A stretch of DNA of 64,000 bases. Origin: Alphaproteobacteria bacterium (GTDB taxonomy: Bacteria > Pseudomonadota > Alphaproteobacteria > SP197). The notes beneath the pieces are model-generated. The model was not told the DNA's origin. It saw nothing but the letters and a program-made list of their open reading frames with translations, and searched no databases. The translations under genes and the position numbers were made by a program. Positions 21,595-30,372 of this stretch are shown one piece after another (the stretch's first letter is position 1; each line of letters begins with the position of its first letter). The stretch is from the NCBI GenBank assembly GCA_965228895.1, contig OZ245842.1:3488001-3552000 (forward strand), in the 5' to 3' direction.

Positions 21595-22989
21595 CTAAAC
21601 CTTGCGCCACCACGCGACCGAACCCGATCTTTTCGCCCGTTCCTCGTCATAACGCAGGTAAGGCACCAGCCTGCCGAGCCAGGCCAACGCGCCGTGCTCG
21701 TTCATCCAGTTGGCATAGGCGACGTATTCGGGATAGTTGGAGAGATGGTTCTCCTCGGTCCGCGCGCGCCAATAGTAGATCAGGTTGACGCCGACCAGCA
21801 TGGCGCACAGCTTGCCGGCAAGAACGATGTCGTCGGCCGGGATAAACGGCACCGAGATCATCCACCACGTGATGTTCTTGGCGACATAGGCGGGGTGTTT
21901 GGTCAGCCGGTAGACGCCGGACGTCGCGAGCCCGCGATAAGTCAGGTTCGAAAACCGGAATCCCAGCGACACCGACGCCAGGGTGTAGATCGTGATGAAG
22001 CCGATGATGACCGCCGCCCATGCGACGTAGAGCGCCGGCACCGATTGCAGCCAATGGCCCCAATAGAAACCGTTGTTGTACTGGAGGTACTGGTCGAAGA
22101 CGACAAAGACGAAGGGTTTGTAGCAGACCAGGCACACCAGCCAGCCGATCAATGTCGGCTCCGCCGAGCGGATCTCCGAATTGGTCAGCTTCAGCGTCAT
22201 GATGTAGCCGCAGGTCGCGAACACCAGGTCGATGCCGTAGAGCAGCGAGAACAGGAAGTCGTAGATGGCCCCCGCTGACTCGTTCACGGTTCCCGTGAAA
22301 GTGAAGATGCCGCCATAGTCGAAGCCGATCAGGTTCTCGACCTCCAGTGCCAGGTAGCAGAACATCAGCGGCAGGAAGAACAGCTTGATCAGCCAGACAC
22401 GGACCAACTCCTTGACGTACTGCATGTTGTACGTGAAGCGCCGGTCGTTGGTCATGTAGCGCAACAGGAGGCGGCCCAGGTGATAGTAACCGTCCTCCGG
22501 CTCCTCCATCAGGCGGTCAACATACCAGAAATAGACGAAGGTCAGCGCCAGGATGACCGGCAGGAAAAGGAGCGCAGCGTCGAAGAACCGGCTGTAGAAA
22601 CCGTCGTACTCGGGAAACGTCGAATAGCCGATCGAGCCAAATCCAAGGATGGCCAACAGCGCCAGGAACTTGATGGCGACCCGGCCGATATTCGCACGAG
22701 CGTCGACACGCGCGGTCCGATGGCGGCGAAAGACGAACACGTCGATGCCGACAACCGTCATGATGCCGCAGACAATCGCGATCAGGCAGATCACCGTAAT
22801 GTTGTCGATCGGCATGCCGGTCAGCTGCCGCAGCCAGATGGTCAGCGCGGCCACGGCCTCCATGTTGAGGGCCAGCAAGACCAACGCGCCGACAAACACC
22901 ACAAGGCCGCACACATTCGTGGTGAAGTCGATCTCGCTTTTTGGACATTGCGAAACCGGGACGGCAGCCTGGGAAACGGTTGTTTTCAT
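21595..22989 (-). CDS. Multi-pass isoprenylcysteine carboxyl methyltransferase-family protein
   Basis: FSNLTYRG, GVYRLTKHPAY, RARTEE motifs; many TM helices. Confidence 0.8.
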   Translation of the reverse strand: MKTTVSQAAVPVSQCPKSEIDFTTNVCGLVVFVGALVLLALNMEAVAALTIWLRQLTGMPIDNITVICLIAIVCGIMTVVGIDVFVFRRHRTARVDARANIGRVAIKFLALLAILGFGSIGYSTFPEYDGFYSRFFDAALLFLPVILALTFVYFWYVDRLMEEPEDGYYHLGRLLLRYMTNDRRFTYNMQYVKELVRVWLIKLFFLPLMFCYLALEVENLIGFDYGGIFTFTGTVNESAGAIYDFLFSLLYGIDLVFATCGYIMTLKLTNSEIRSAEPTLIGWLVCLVCYKPFVFVVFDQYLQYNNGFYWGHWLQSVPALYVAWAAVIIGFITIYTLASVSLGFRFSNLTYRGLATSGVYRLTKHPAYVAKNITWWMISVPFIPADDIVLAGKLCAMLVGVNLIYYWRARTEENHLSNYPEYVAYANWMNEHGALAWLGRLVPYLRYDEERAKRSGSVAWWRKV

Positions 22990-23372
22990 ACAGATTGTCG
23001 CGCTTCGGTCATGGCAATCACCAGCTTGGCCGTGCCAGACCGCCTGGTGACGGGCGTTATTCTATAGGCGGCAGTGTTCCTTAAACTGTGACCCGCATCA
23101 ACAAAGGGCCGGGCCGGCCATTCCCTTTGTTTCAGGCCAAAAACCCGCACCTCTTGAGCAGAATGTGCGTGGGTTGGCTCGTCGAACACCAAGAATCGCC
23201 AGTCTTTTTGATCGCCTTGTGCAAGCCTGATGCCGATGGTGGCTAACCGGCAAAGCGCGCACAGGAACACCCTAGGCCTCGAATCGACGGTGGCCCATGC
23301 GAAACGCGCTCGCATGGGCCACCAGTTCGTTGAAGCATGACCTGAAATCAGGTCGCGACTGAGATCAAGGGA

Positions 23373-24248
23373 TTACTCCTGGCGGCCTTCGCGATCGCCG
23401 CCATTTTCACCCCTGTCTTTTCTGCCACCCCAGGTGTCGCCTTCACCCCAGTCGCTATCGCCCCAGTCACTATCGCCCCAGTCGCTATCGCCCCAGTCGC
23501 TATCGCCCCAGTCGCTACCGCCCCAGCCACCGTCGCCGCCGTAACCGCTGGAACCGTGACCGCCGTTGGACGAACCACCGTTCGAACCGCCGTTGGAACC
23601 ACCGTTCGAACCGCCGTTGGAACCACCGTTCGAACCACCGTTCGAGCCGCCGTTCGAGCCGCCGTTCGAACCACCGTTCGAGCCGCCGTTCGAACCACCG
23701 TTGGAACCACCGTTCGAACCGCCGTTGGAACCACCGTTCGAACCACCGTTCGAACCGCCGTTGGAACCACCGTTCGAACCGCCGTTGGAACCACCGTTCG
23801 AACCGCCGTTGGAACCACCGTTCGAACCACCGTTCGAACCGCCGTTGGAACCACCGTTGGAACCACCGCTCGAGCCGTTACCGCCGCCCGAGCCGGAATC
23901 ACGCTCTGGGCCAGGACGCGGTCCTTCACTGATCGGATCGCCAACTGGATCAGGTGCAACCGGACCGGCCGCAGGCGCGATCTCCTGGAGCTGCAAGCTC
24001 AGCTCTTCCAGGTAAGCGATGCACTCGCCAGTATCGACCGCAGCCGAAAGCTGGTCCGGAGTCATTGTCGAGCAGAATGAGAAGGCCTGAGGCGACACCA
24101 TCAACCGCCCATCATCGGCGGCCCGGCCCGTCTCTACGTTGGCCGCCACGGCGACGGCCACGAACCCCGCGCCAATCACCGCGGCACGTGTCCAGGCATA
24201 GCAGGCCAGCCTCTGTTGTTTGGCTTTTTTCAAGGTACCATCCTCCAT
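23373..24248 (-). CDS. Exported Gly/Ser/Asn-rich low-complexity protein
   Basis: N-terminal hydrophobic segment, Cys pair, EIAPAAG, about 24x GGSN and 5x G(D/G)SDW; synonymous variation among repeat units favours this frame. Confidence 0.7.
   Translation of the reverse strand: MEDGTLKKAKQQRLACYAWTRAAVIGAGFVAVAVAANVETGRAADDGRLMVSPQAFSFCSTMTPDQLSAAVDTGECIAYLEELSLQLQEIAPAAGPVAPDPVGDPISEGPRPGPERDSGSGGGNGSSGGSNGGSNGGSNGGSNGGSNGGSNGGSNGGSNGGSNGGSNGGSNGGSNGGSNGGSNGGSNGGSNGGSNGGSNGGSNGGSNGGSNGGSNGGSNGGSNGGSSNGGHGSSGYGGDGGWGGSDWGDSDWGDSDWGDSDWGDSDWGEGDTWGGRKDRGENGGDREGRQE
23446..23520. repeat. 15-bp tandem repeat x5
   Basis: ccccagtcgctatcg units; encode GDSDW on the minus strand. Confidence 0.9.
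23572..23871. repeat. 12-bp tandem repeat, about 25 copies
   Basis: ga(a/g)cc(a/g)ccgtt(c/g) units; encode GGSN on the minus strand. Confidence 0.95.
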
Positions 24249-24542
24249 TAAGGAACGTTTTTAACGAGGATGGATACTAATCGACATTCAGTCAGTATTT
24301 CGAAATATAATGTATAATGACGGCGAACCTATCGTAATGCTTCCGTGGCCAACAAAGCACATTACATCTTTAGTAATAATACCAAGAGAATTACTTACCT
24401 ACAACGCACCAGCCAATCTCTCGAAGGAGTTGCTACCTTCGCGAAATCGACCTCTCGAACGATGCAAACTCGACTCTAAAGAGAGGCTTGTAGCTCTTTC
24501 GATAGAGCCTATTGGTAAGATAGATGACCGTTCGATCGTGTC

Positions 24543-25652
24543 TTAACAGGTCTCGTACGGTGTATCCGACGCAATCGCACAGATGTACTGGCCGGCCCGG
24601 GCGAATCGGTGGCTGCGCCGGGCATAGAGCAGCCCCGGCCGGGGCGCTTTGACGGCGGTGCGTTGCCGTGTCTGGGGATCGACCACATGGCAGAACGCCT
24701 CATCGGCCATGACGTGATCACCCAAACTGCGATGGTAAACGACGATGCCGCCGGCTGGCGCCATAAGCCTTTTCAGCCCCCGGATTGCGCGCGGCTCGGT
24801 CAGTGCCTCGGGCAAGGGCCCGGGATCGCCGGCGATCACGGCGCGTCTTTGCAGGAAACGATAGAGGTTGTCGGCGTCCGGGCGGGTCAGATGGTCGTCG
24901 ACGTCGCGCTGACCACGCAGTTCAACGACTGCCGCCATGGCGCCGGGCGGCACCGGCACATCCGGGAAACGCTCGGCAAGTGTTTTCCAGACCAGCGCAT
25001 GGGCAGACTTGAACGTCATCATGGCGTTCCCGCGGTCGACCAGAACCACTTGGGCGTGCATCTGACGGGTCAGGTCCTCGGCCTGCGGCCAGTTGACGTC
25101 GGTCACGAAGAGGTGAAGCAGCGCTTCCCAGGCCGAGTGCAGATCAAGGACGATGTCGGCATCGTAGGAGAGCTTGAGCAGTTCGCGCTTCAAGACCTCA
25201 GGCTCACGCGCCACGACCGTCGCATCGAGCGCCTCGCCCATCGCCTGGCGGACCAGCGCGACATTGGCCTGGCTGTCATCGCCGAGTTTGCCGTTCAGGC
25301 GCGCGGCGACAGCATCGGTCAGATTGGGAAATCCACGGTTGTAGTTGCGCCCGGTCGCCAGATCATAGCGGCCCTGGCTTTCCATCATGATCTGCTGGGC
25401 CAGACCGATCGGGTTGGCGAACGGCACAACAACGATTTCGCCGGTGATACGCCCGTCGGCTTCGGCCGCCTCCAGGCGGCCCAACAGATGCTCCAGGACA
25501 ACGATGCCCGGCAATTCGGCGGCGTGCAGGGCGGCGTGAAGGTAGGCTTTGGGACGGGCGCCACGAGTGCCAAAACGATGCACCGTCAGCACACGCTCGG
25601 TACCGAGCGACGGGCACCCAAGGCCCAGGGTCTCAACGTGATGCGCCATCAC
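24543..25652 (-). CDS. AstE/aspartoacylase-family deacylase paralog 2
   Basis: AALHAAE, ANPIG, NYNR, DLH, VELRG. Confidence 0.9.
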   Translation of the reverse strand: MMAHHVETLGLGCPSLGTERVLTVHRFGTRGARPKAYLHAALHAAELPGIVVLEHLLGRLEAAEADGRITGEIVVVPFANPIGLAQQIMMESQGRYDLATGRNYNRGFPNLTDAVAARLNGKLGDDSQANVALVRQAMGEALDATVVAREPEVLKRELLKLSYDADIVLDLHSAWEALLHLFVTDVNWPQAEDLTRQMHAQVVLVDRGNAMMTFKSAHALVWKTLAERFPDVPVPPGAMAAVVELRGQRDVDDHLTRPDADNLYRFLQRRAVIAGDPGPLPEALTEPRAIRGLKRLMAPAGGIVVYHRSLGDHVMADEAFCHVVDPQTRQRTAVKAPRPGLLYARRSHRFARAGQYICAIASDTPYETC

Positions 25653-25654
25653 GC

Positions 25655-26794
25655 TTAGTAATCGATATGCGGCAAATCAGGCTCCGGAAGCGGCTCTGGC
25701 CCGGCGATTGACGCAAAACTCTGCCCTGGGCGCACCAGCATTGAAAGATTGCGGCCAAAGAACACGCCGTCCGTGCGGCTTCTTACCGGCGTGCGCGCCT
25801 TGTCGAAGTCGGCTTCAGACGGATCAACGACCCAGGCCACGACGTCGCCTTTCTTGATGCGCGCACCAAGCCCGACAGCATATGACAGCACGCCGGCGCA
25901 AGGCGCGACCGCATGATCGACGCCTTCCAGGGGGGTCGGTTCGCCGACCGGTTCCGGTGGCGGGCCGGGATCACCGGCGATCACATCGTGGCGCTGCAGA
26001 AACCGCCACAGACCGCGCGCATCTGTCTCCGCCAACGTTTCGTCGACATCCGGCTGGCCACGCAGTTCCAACGTGGTCGAAAAGGGTGGCGGCGGAACCA
26101 TCCGTTCCGGCAACAACGCGCGTAGCCGGTGCCAGAAGATGGTCGACGCGGCATCGAAGCTCGTGCCTTCGTCGGTGCGGAAGAGCAGGACGACCTTGCA
26201 GCCCAATTCGGCCGGCAGATCCGCATGGGTGTCCCGGTAATCAGCCGGGAGGTAGAGGTACTGCACCGCCTGGCCGTGACAATGCAGGTCAAAGATGTAG
26301 TCGGCGTCGACGCTAAGTGTCAGCAACGCCTTGCGCAACACGTTGGCCTCGCCCTCGGCGCGCCAGTCGTCCAGGGCCGCAAGGGCGGCGTCGCGGATCA
26401 AACGGCGGTTTTCCTCCGCATCATCGCCCAGGACATTACCAACCCGTCCGGCGATTCGGTCTGTCAGATCGGGATACCAGCGATTGAAGTTGCCGTCGCC
26501 GTCCAGATCGTAGCGGCCGAGATGATAGCCATAGATCTGCGAGGCCAGGCCGACCGGGTTGGCATAGGGCAGCACGACGATCTCGCCGTTAACCTCTCCC
26601 CTGGCGTCGGCGTCCTTGAGCCAGCCCAGCATGCGGTTGAGCACCAGCGTGCCAGGCAGTTCGTCGGCGTGGAGCGCGGCGTGCATATAGACCTTCGGAC
26701 GCGCGCCGGGACTGCCGAATCGGTGCACGGTCAACGCCCGTTTTGTGCCGGGACCCGGCGACATCAAAGGAATCGTCTCAATCGAATGGGGCAT
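25655..26794 (-). CDS. AstE/aspartoacylase-family deacylase paralog 3
   Basis: AALHADE, ANPVG, NFNR, DLHC, LELRG; start chosen at MPHSIET by alignment with paralogs. Confidence 0.9.
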   Translation of the reverse strand: MPHSIETIPLMSPGPGTKRALTVHRFGSPGARPKVYMHAALHADELPGTLVLNRMLGWLKDADARGEVNGEIVVLPYANPVGLASQIYGYHLGRYDLDGDGNFNRWYPDLTDRIAGRVGNVLGDDAEENRRLIRDAALAALDDWRAEGEANVLRKALLTLSVDADYIFDLHCHGQAVQYLYLPADYRDTHADLPAELGCKVVLLFRTDEGTSFDAASTIFWHRLRALLPERMVPPPPFSTTLELRGQPDVDETLAETDARGLWRFLQRHDVIAGDPGPPPEPVGEPTPLEGVDHAVAPCAGVLSYAVGLGARIKKGDVVAWVVDPSEADFDKARTPVRSRTDGVFFGRNLSMLVRPGQSFASIAGPEPLPEPDLPHIDY

Positions 26795-27016
26795 GAATCT
26801 GGGGCTCGGGTCTGGCCGGAAGCCCCTCTTGTCGGAGACCGTGGAGATCAAGTCAAGCCGCGCCAGGCGGCGGATTCCAAGGACGCCCGCCACAAACCTC
26901 CCCCAAACGGATTACCACTTTTAGGGCATACCCATGCTCTACCCCCTTGTCGTTTACCAATTATACGTTGGATAGGGGTAAAATAGCCGCACAACAAAAG
27001 TAAACGGAGCGGCACC

Positions 27017-27565
27017 ATGGTTCCGAGTCCGAGAAAACGACACACCCGATTGCTACTCACGCTGCCGTTACTATTGGCAGGCATGATGTTTTCTGGCCCA
27101 GCCAAAAGCGAGATCTATGGCACGTCTGGCGACTGGATCGTCAATGTTAACGATCATGGCAGTTGTGTTTTGAGCCGTTATGTCGGCGAGCAGTTTTACG
27201 CCATCGGCGCGGAATGGGATCCGACCGCCAAGCAGTTCTATTGGACGGTGCTGTTCTATTCGCCGGAGTTGGGTGGCTTGCCGCCCGGCGGTGAATATCC
27301 GGTCGACCTCAAGGTCGAGGACGCGCCATGGCAGCAGGGCAGCACGGCCGAAATCATCAGCAGCCAGAACGTTTCCTATGTCCGGGTCGAGATCCACGAC
27401 TACGACTTCGGCACCGCCTTCCGTCAGGGCTCGGTCTTTACGGTCGGTGCCGCGCGCAAGGACTATCACCTGCCGCTCGATGGTTCGGCGGACGCCCAAG
27501 ACGTCTATGTCGGCTGTTTCCTGAACAGCTTCGTTCAGCCCGCCGCCCAGAACCCCTTCGAATAA
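27017..27565 (+). CDS. Exported hypothetical protein
   Basis: Signal peptide (LLLTLPLLLAGMMFSGPAKS), GGAG RBS. Confidence 0.7.
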   Translation: MVPSPRKRHTRLLLTLPLLLAGMMFSGPAKSEIYGTSGDWIVNVNDHGSCVLSRYVGEQFYAIGAEWDPTAKQFYWTVLFYSPELGGLPPGGEYPVDLKVEDAPWQQGSTAEIISSQNVSYVRVEIHDYDFGTAFRQGSVFTVGAARKDYHLPLDGSADAQDVYVGCFLNSFVQPAAQNPFE

Positions 27566-27669
27566 GTTCTCTCACTTAGGCCGTTCCCGGCGCAGCTTGC
27601 GCACAGGGCCTTGCTGCGGGAGAGGCATCCTGATCCAATGCCTCTCCCATCAGCATGGCAGGGGTCGGC

Positions 27670-28497
27670 ATGTTCGCCAAGACACTGGACGGTTTGCGCA
27701 GCGCGGGCGCCGAAAAGGTGCTGTGCGACGGTAAGGTGCGCTCCACACGATTTCTGACGGCGACCGACGGCATGGGCTTTGCCATGTCGGATGTCCGGCT
27801 TGATGCGGGTCTGGAGCAAGACCTCTGGTACAAGAACCATTGGGAAGCCAACTACGTCGTCGCCGGAACGGGCCACGTCGAAGAAAGCGGCAGCGGTCAG
27901 ACATGGCCGCTTGAGGCCGGCATCATCTATACGGTCGGGCCCAAAGACAGGCACCGTGTCGTCGCCGAGAGCGACGTGCACATCATCAGCATCTTCGATC
28001 CGCCGATCACCGGCAACGAAGCCCACGATGCCGACGGATCCTATGCGCCAAGCGGTCCGGTGCCGCCGGGGCGCGGCACCATGTTCGTCAAGACGCTCAC
28101 CGACCTGCGCGCGGCCGGCAAGGAGATGGTCGTCGCCGGCGGTTCGGCGCGCACCGTGCGCGTGCTGCTGCAAGAGGACGGTTTGGGATTCACGTTGTCA
28201 GACGTCAACCTGAAGGCCGGCAACCGCAACACGCTTTGGTACAAGAACCACTGGGAAGCCAACTACATCCTGGCAGGCAGGGGCGAGGTCAGCGACCTCA
28301 CCACCGGCGAACGTTGGCCGATGGCGCCGGGCATGATGTACTGCGTCGGTCCCGACGACCGGCACAGCATGTTTGCCGAAACCGACCTTCACCTGATCAG
28401 CATCTTCTGTCCGGCGCTGAAAGGTGACGAGATACACGACGCCGACGGCGCACTCGCGCCATCCGGCCCGCTACCGCCGGGTCCGGCCACCGCCTAA
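27670..28497 (+). CDS. Tandem two-domain ectoine synthase-like cupin 1
   Basis: Two copies of DG(M/L)GF...WYKNHWEANY...H...F.P...G.E.HD.DG; alternative start at 27655. Confidence 0.85.
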   Translation: MFAKTLDGLRSAGAEKVLCDGKVRSTRFLTATDGMGFAMSDVRLDAGLEQDLWYKNHWEANYVVAGTGHVEESGSGQTWPLEAGIIYTVGPKDRHRVVAESDVHIISIFDPPITGNEAHDADGSYAPSGPVPPGRGTMFVKTLTDLRAAGKEMVVAGGSARTVRVLLQEDGLGFTLSDVNLKAGNRNTLWYKNHWEANYILAGRGEVSDLTTGERWPMAPGMMYCVGPDDRHSMFAETDLHLISIFCPALKGDEIHDADGALAPSGPLPPGPATA

Positions 28498-28525
28498 CAG
28501 AACCAACTTCGACGGGGAGACATCG

Positions 28526-29356
28526 ATGCTGATACGCACCATGGATGATATGGAGAAGGCCGGCCGGATCGTTTCGATCTCCCACGGCCGCGCGACCGCC
28601 GTCCGGCCGCTGACCAAATCCGACGGCATGGGTTTCAGCGTCTCCGAAGCACGCGGGCGCGCCGGCAGCGGCAGCGACCTCTGGTACAAAAATCACTGGG
28701 AAGCCAACTACGTGCGCTCCGGCCATGGCTGGGTCCAGGATCTGACCAGCGGCCAGAAGTGGGATTTGGAACCGGGCATGATGTATATCGTCGGCCCGAA
28801 AGACAGACACCACATTCAAAGCAGCGATGAAGAGGCGCTGCGCATCATCAGCACCTTCAATCCGCCGATCGAGGGTGACGAGACCCACGACGACGACGGC
28901 GCCTATCCGCCGACCGGCCCGATCCCCGACGGGCCGGGTCGCATGCTGGTCAGAAGCCGCGCCGATGTCGAGGCCCAGGGCCTCGCCTTCTCGCGCGCCG
29001 GCGGCGCCAGCCAGATCGCGCGCTTCGTCACCGCCAGCGACAACCTCGGCTTCGCAATCAGCGAGGTCCGCTTCAAAGAGGGGCGCGAGGTCGACCTTTG
29101 GTACAAGAATCACTGGGAAGCCAACCTGGTGCTCGACGGCACGATCGAACTGACCCACAAGACGAACGGCGAGGTCCATCAGCTCGGCCCGGGCGGGCTC
29201 TACTGCGTCGGACCGGACGATCCCCATCACATCAAGACGTTGACCGATGTGCGCCTGATCAGCGTCTTCAACCCGCCGCTCGAGGGCCACGAGACTCATG
29301 ACGAAGATGGGGCCTACCCGCCGACCGGACCGCTGCCGCCGGGTCCCGCGGCGTAG
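28526..29356 (+). CDS. Tandem two-domain ectoine synthase-like cupin 2
   Basis: Two copies of WYKNHWEAN and FNPP..G.ETHD.DGAYP; GGGGAG RBS. Confidence 0.87.
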   Translation: MLIRTMDDMEKAGRIVSISHGRATAVRPLTKSDGMGFSVSEARGRAGSGSDLWYKNHWEANYVRSGHGWVQDLTSGQKWDLEPGMMYIVGPKDRHHIQSSDEEALRIISTFNPPIEGDETHDDDGAYPPTGPIPDGPGRMLVRSRADVEAQGLAFSRAGGASQIARFVTASDNLGFAISEVRFKEGREVDLWYKNHWEANLVLDGTIELTHKTNGEVHQLGPGGLYCVGPDDPHHIKTLTDVRLISVFNPPLEGHETHDEDGAYPPTGPLPPGPAA

Positions 29357-29361
29357 CCCGT

Positions 29362-30372
29362 TTAGTCGTAGCGCAAGTCGGCCGCCTTGCCCCGGAACAT
29401 CGTATAGGCCAGCACGGTGTAGCCGGCGATCATGGGCAGCACGACGAGCGCGCCGATCAGGATGATGAAGAGGCTCTCCGGCGCGCTCGCCGCCGCGTAG
29501 ATCGTCATGCGGTCGGGCACGACATAGGGATAGAACGAGTAGGCAAGCCCAGCGAACGCCAGCGCGAACAGAAACGTCGTCGCGACGAACGGGATCCAGC
29601 TCCACCTGTCTTCGGCATCCGGCAGGTGGCGCAGTGATATCCAGATCACGCCCAGCAGCACGACCGAAACGATCGGCAGCGGCGCCAGGATGAAGATCTC
29701 CGGCACGGCGAACCACTTGTCGAAAATACGCGGACTGACCAGAGGACTTGCCAGCGAGACAGCCGCGATGCCGGCCAGCACGCCCCACTGACCGCGCGTC
29801 GCCCAGCGTATCGCTTTCATCTGCAACGCGCCTTCGGTCTTGATCATCAGCCATGTGGCGCCGATGAAGGCGAAGCCTCCTGTAAGGCACAGCGCCGTCA
29901 GGACCGCGAAGGCCACGTTCGGCCAAGTCCATTCAAGGCCCATGATGTAGAGCCCCAGCATGAAACCCTGGCTTAGCGCCGTCACCAGCGAGCCGGCAAA
30001 GAACACCGCGTTCCACCAGGGTTTGTGACCGCCCGGCGCCTTGGCGCGAAACTCGAAGGCAACGCCGCGCAGGATCAAGCCGAGCAGCATGAGAGCGACC
30101 GGCATGTAAAAGGCGGTCAGGATGACCCCGTGCGCGCCGGGAAAGGCGACCAGCAGCAACCCGACGGCAAGCACGAGCCATGTTTCGTTGGCATCCCAGA
30201 ACGGACCGATCGAGGCGATCATGCGGTCTTTTTCGTCAGGCTCGGCAAAGGGGAACAGGATGCCGACACCCAGGTCGAACCCGTCGAGCACGACATAGAT
30301 CAGGATCGACACACCCATCAGCGAGGCGAAGACGATGGGAAGCCAGATCGTCGGGTCACCGAAGAGCGTCAT
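29362..30372 (-). CDS. cydB: Cytochrome bd ubiquinol oxidase subunit II (CioB-like)
   Basis: YVVLDGFDLGVGIL, IGPFWDANETWL, LRGVAFEFR. Confidence 0.95.
   Translation of the reverse strand: MTLFGDPTIWLPIVFASLMGVSILIYVVLDGFDLGVGILFPFAEPDEKDRMIASIGPFWDANETWLVLAVGLLLVAFPGAHGVILTAFYMPVALMLLGLILRGVAFEFRAKAPGGHKPWWNAVFFAGSLVTALSQGFMLGLYIMGLEWTWPNVAFAVLTALCLTGGFAFIGATWLMIKTEGALQMKAIRWATRGQWGVLAGIAAVSLASPLVSPRIFDKWFAVPEIFILAPLPIVSVVLLGVIWISLRHLPDAEDRWSWIPFVATTFLFALAFAGLAYSFYPYVVPDRMTIYAAASAPESLFIILIGALVVLPMIAGYTVLAYTMFRGKAADLRYD

Noticed and set aside
23446-23871. CRISPR array
   Set aside because: Head-to-tail 12- and 15-bp units with no unique spacers; they lie within an ORF.
23348-24080. Alternative-frame ORFs (EPPF/EPPL, VRTA/VPTA repeats)
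   Set aside because: Open only because the repeat lacks stops; unit variation is synonymous in the GGSN frame.
27670-29356. Calling these genes a complete ectoine biosynthesis locus (ectC)
   Set aside because: No ectA/ectB in the window and the double-domain architecture is non-canonical, so no gene symbol was given.
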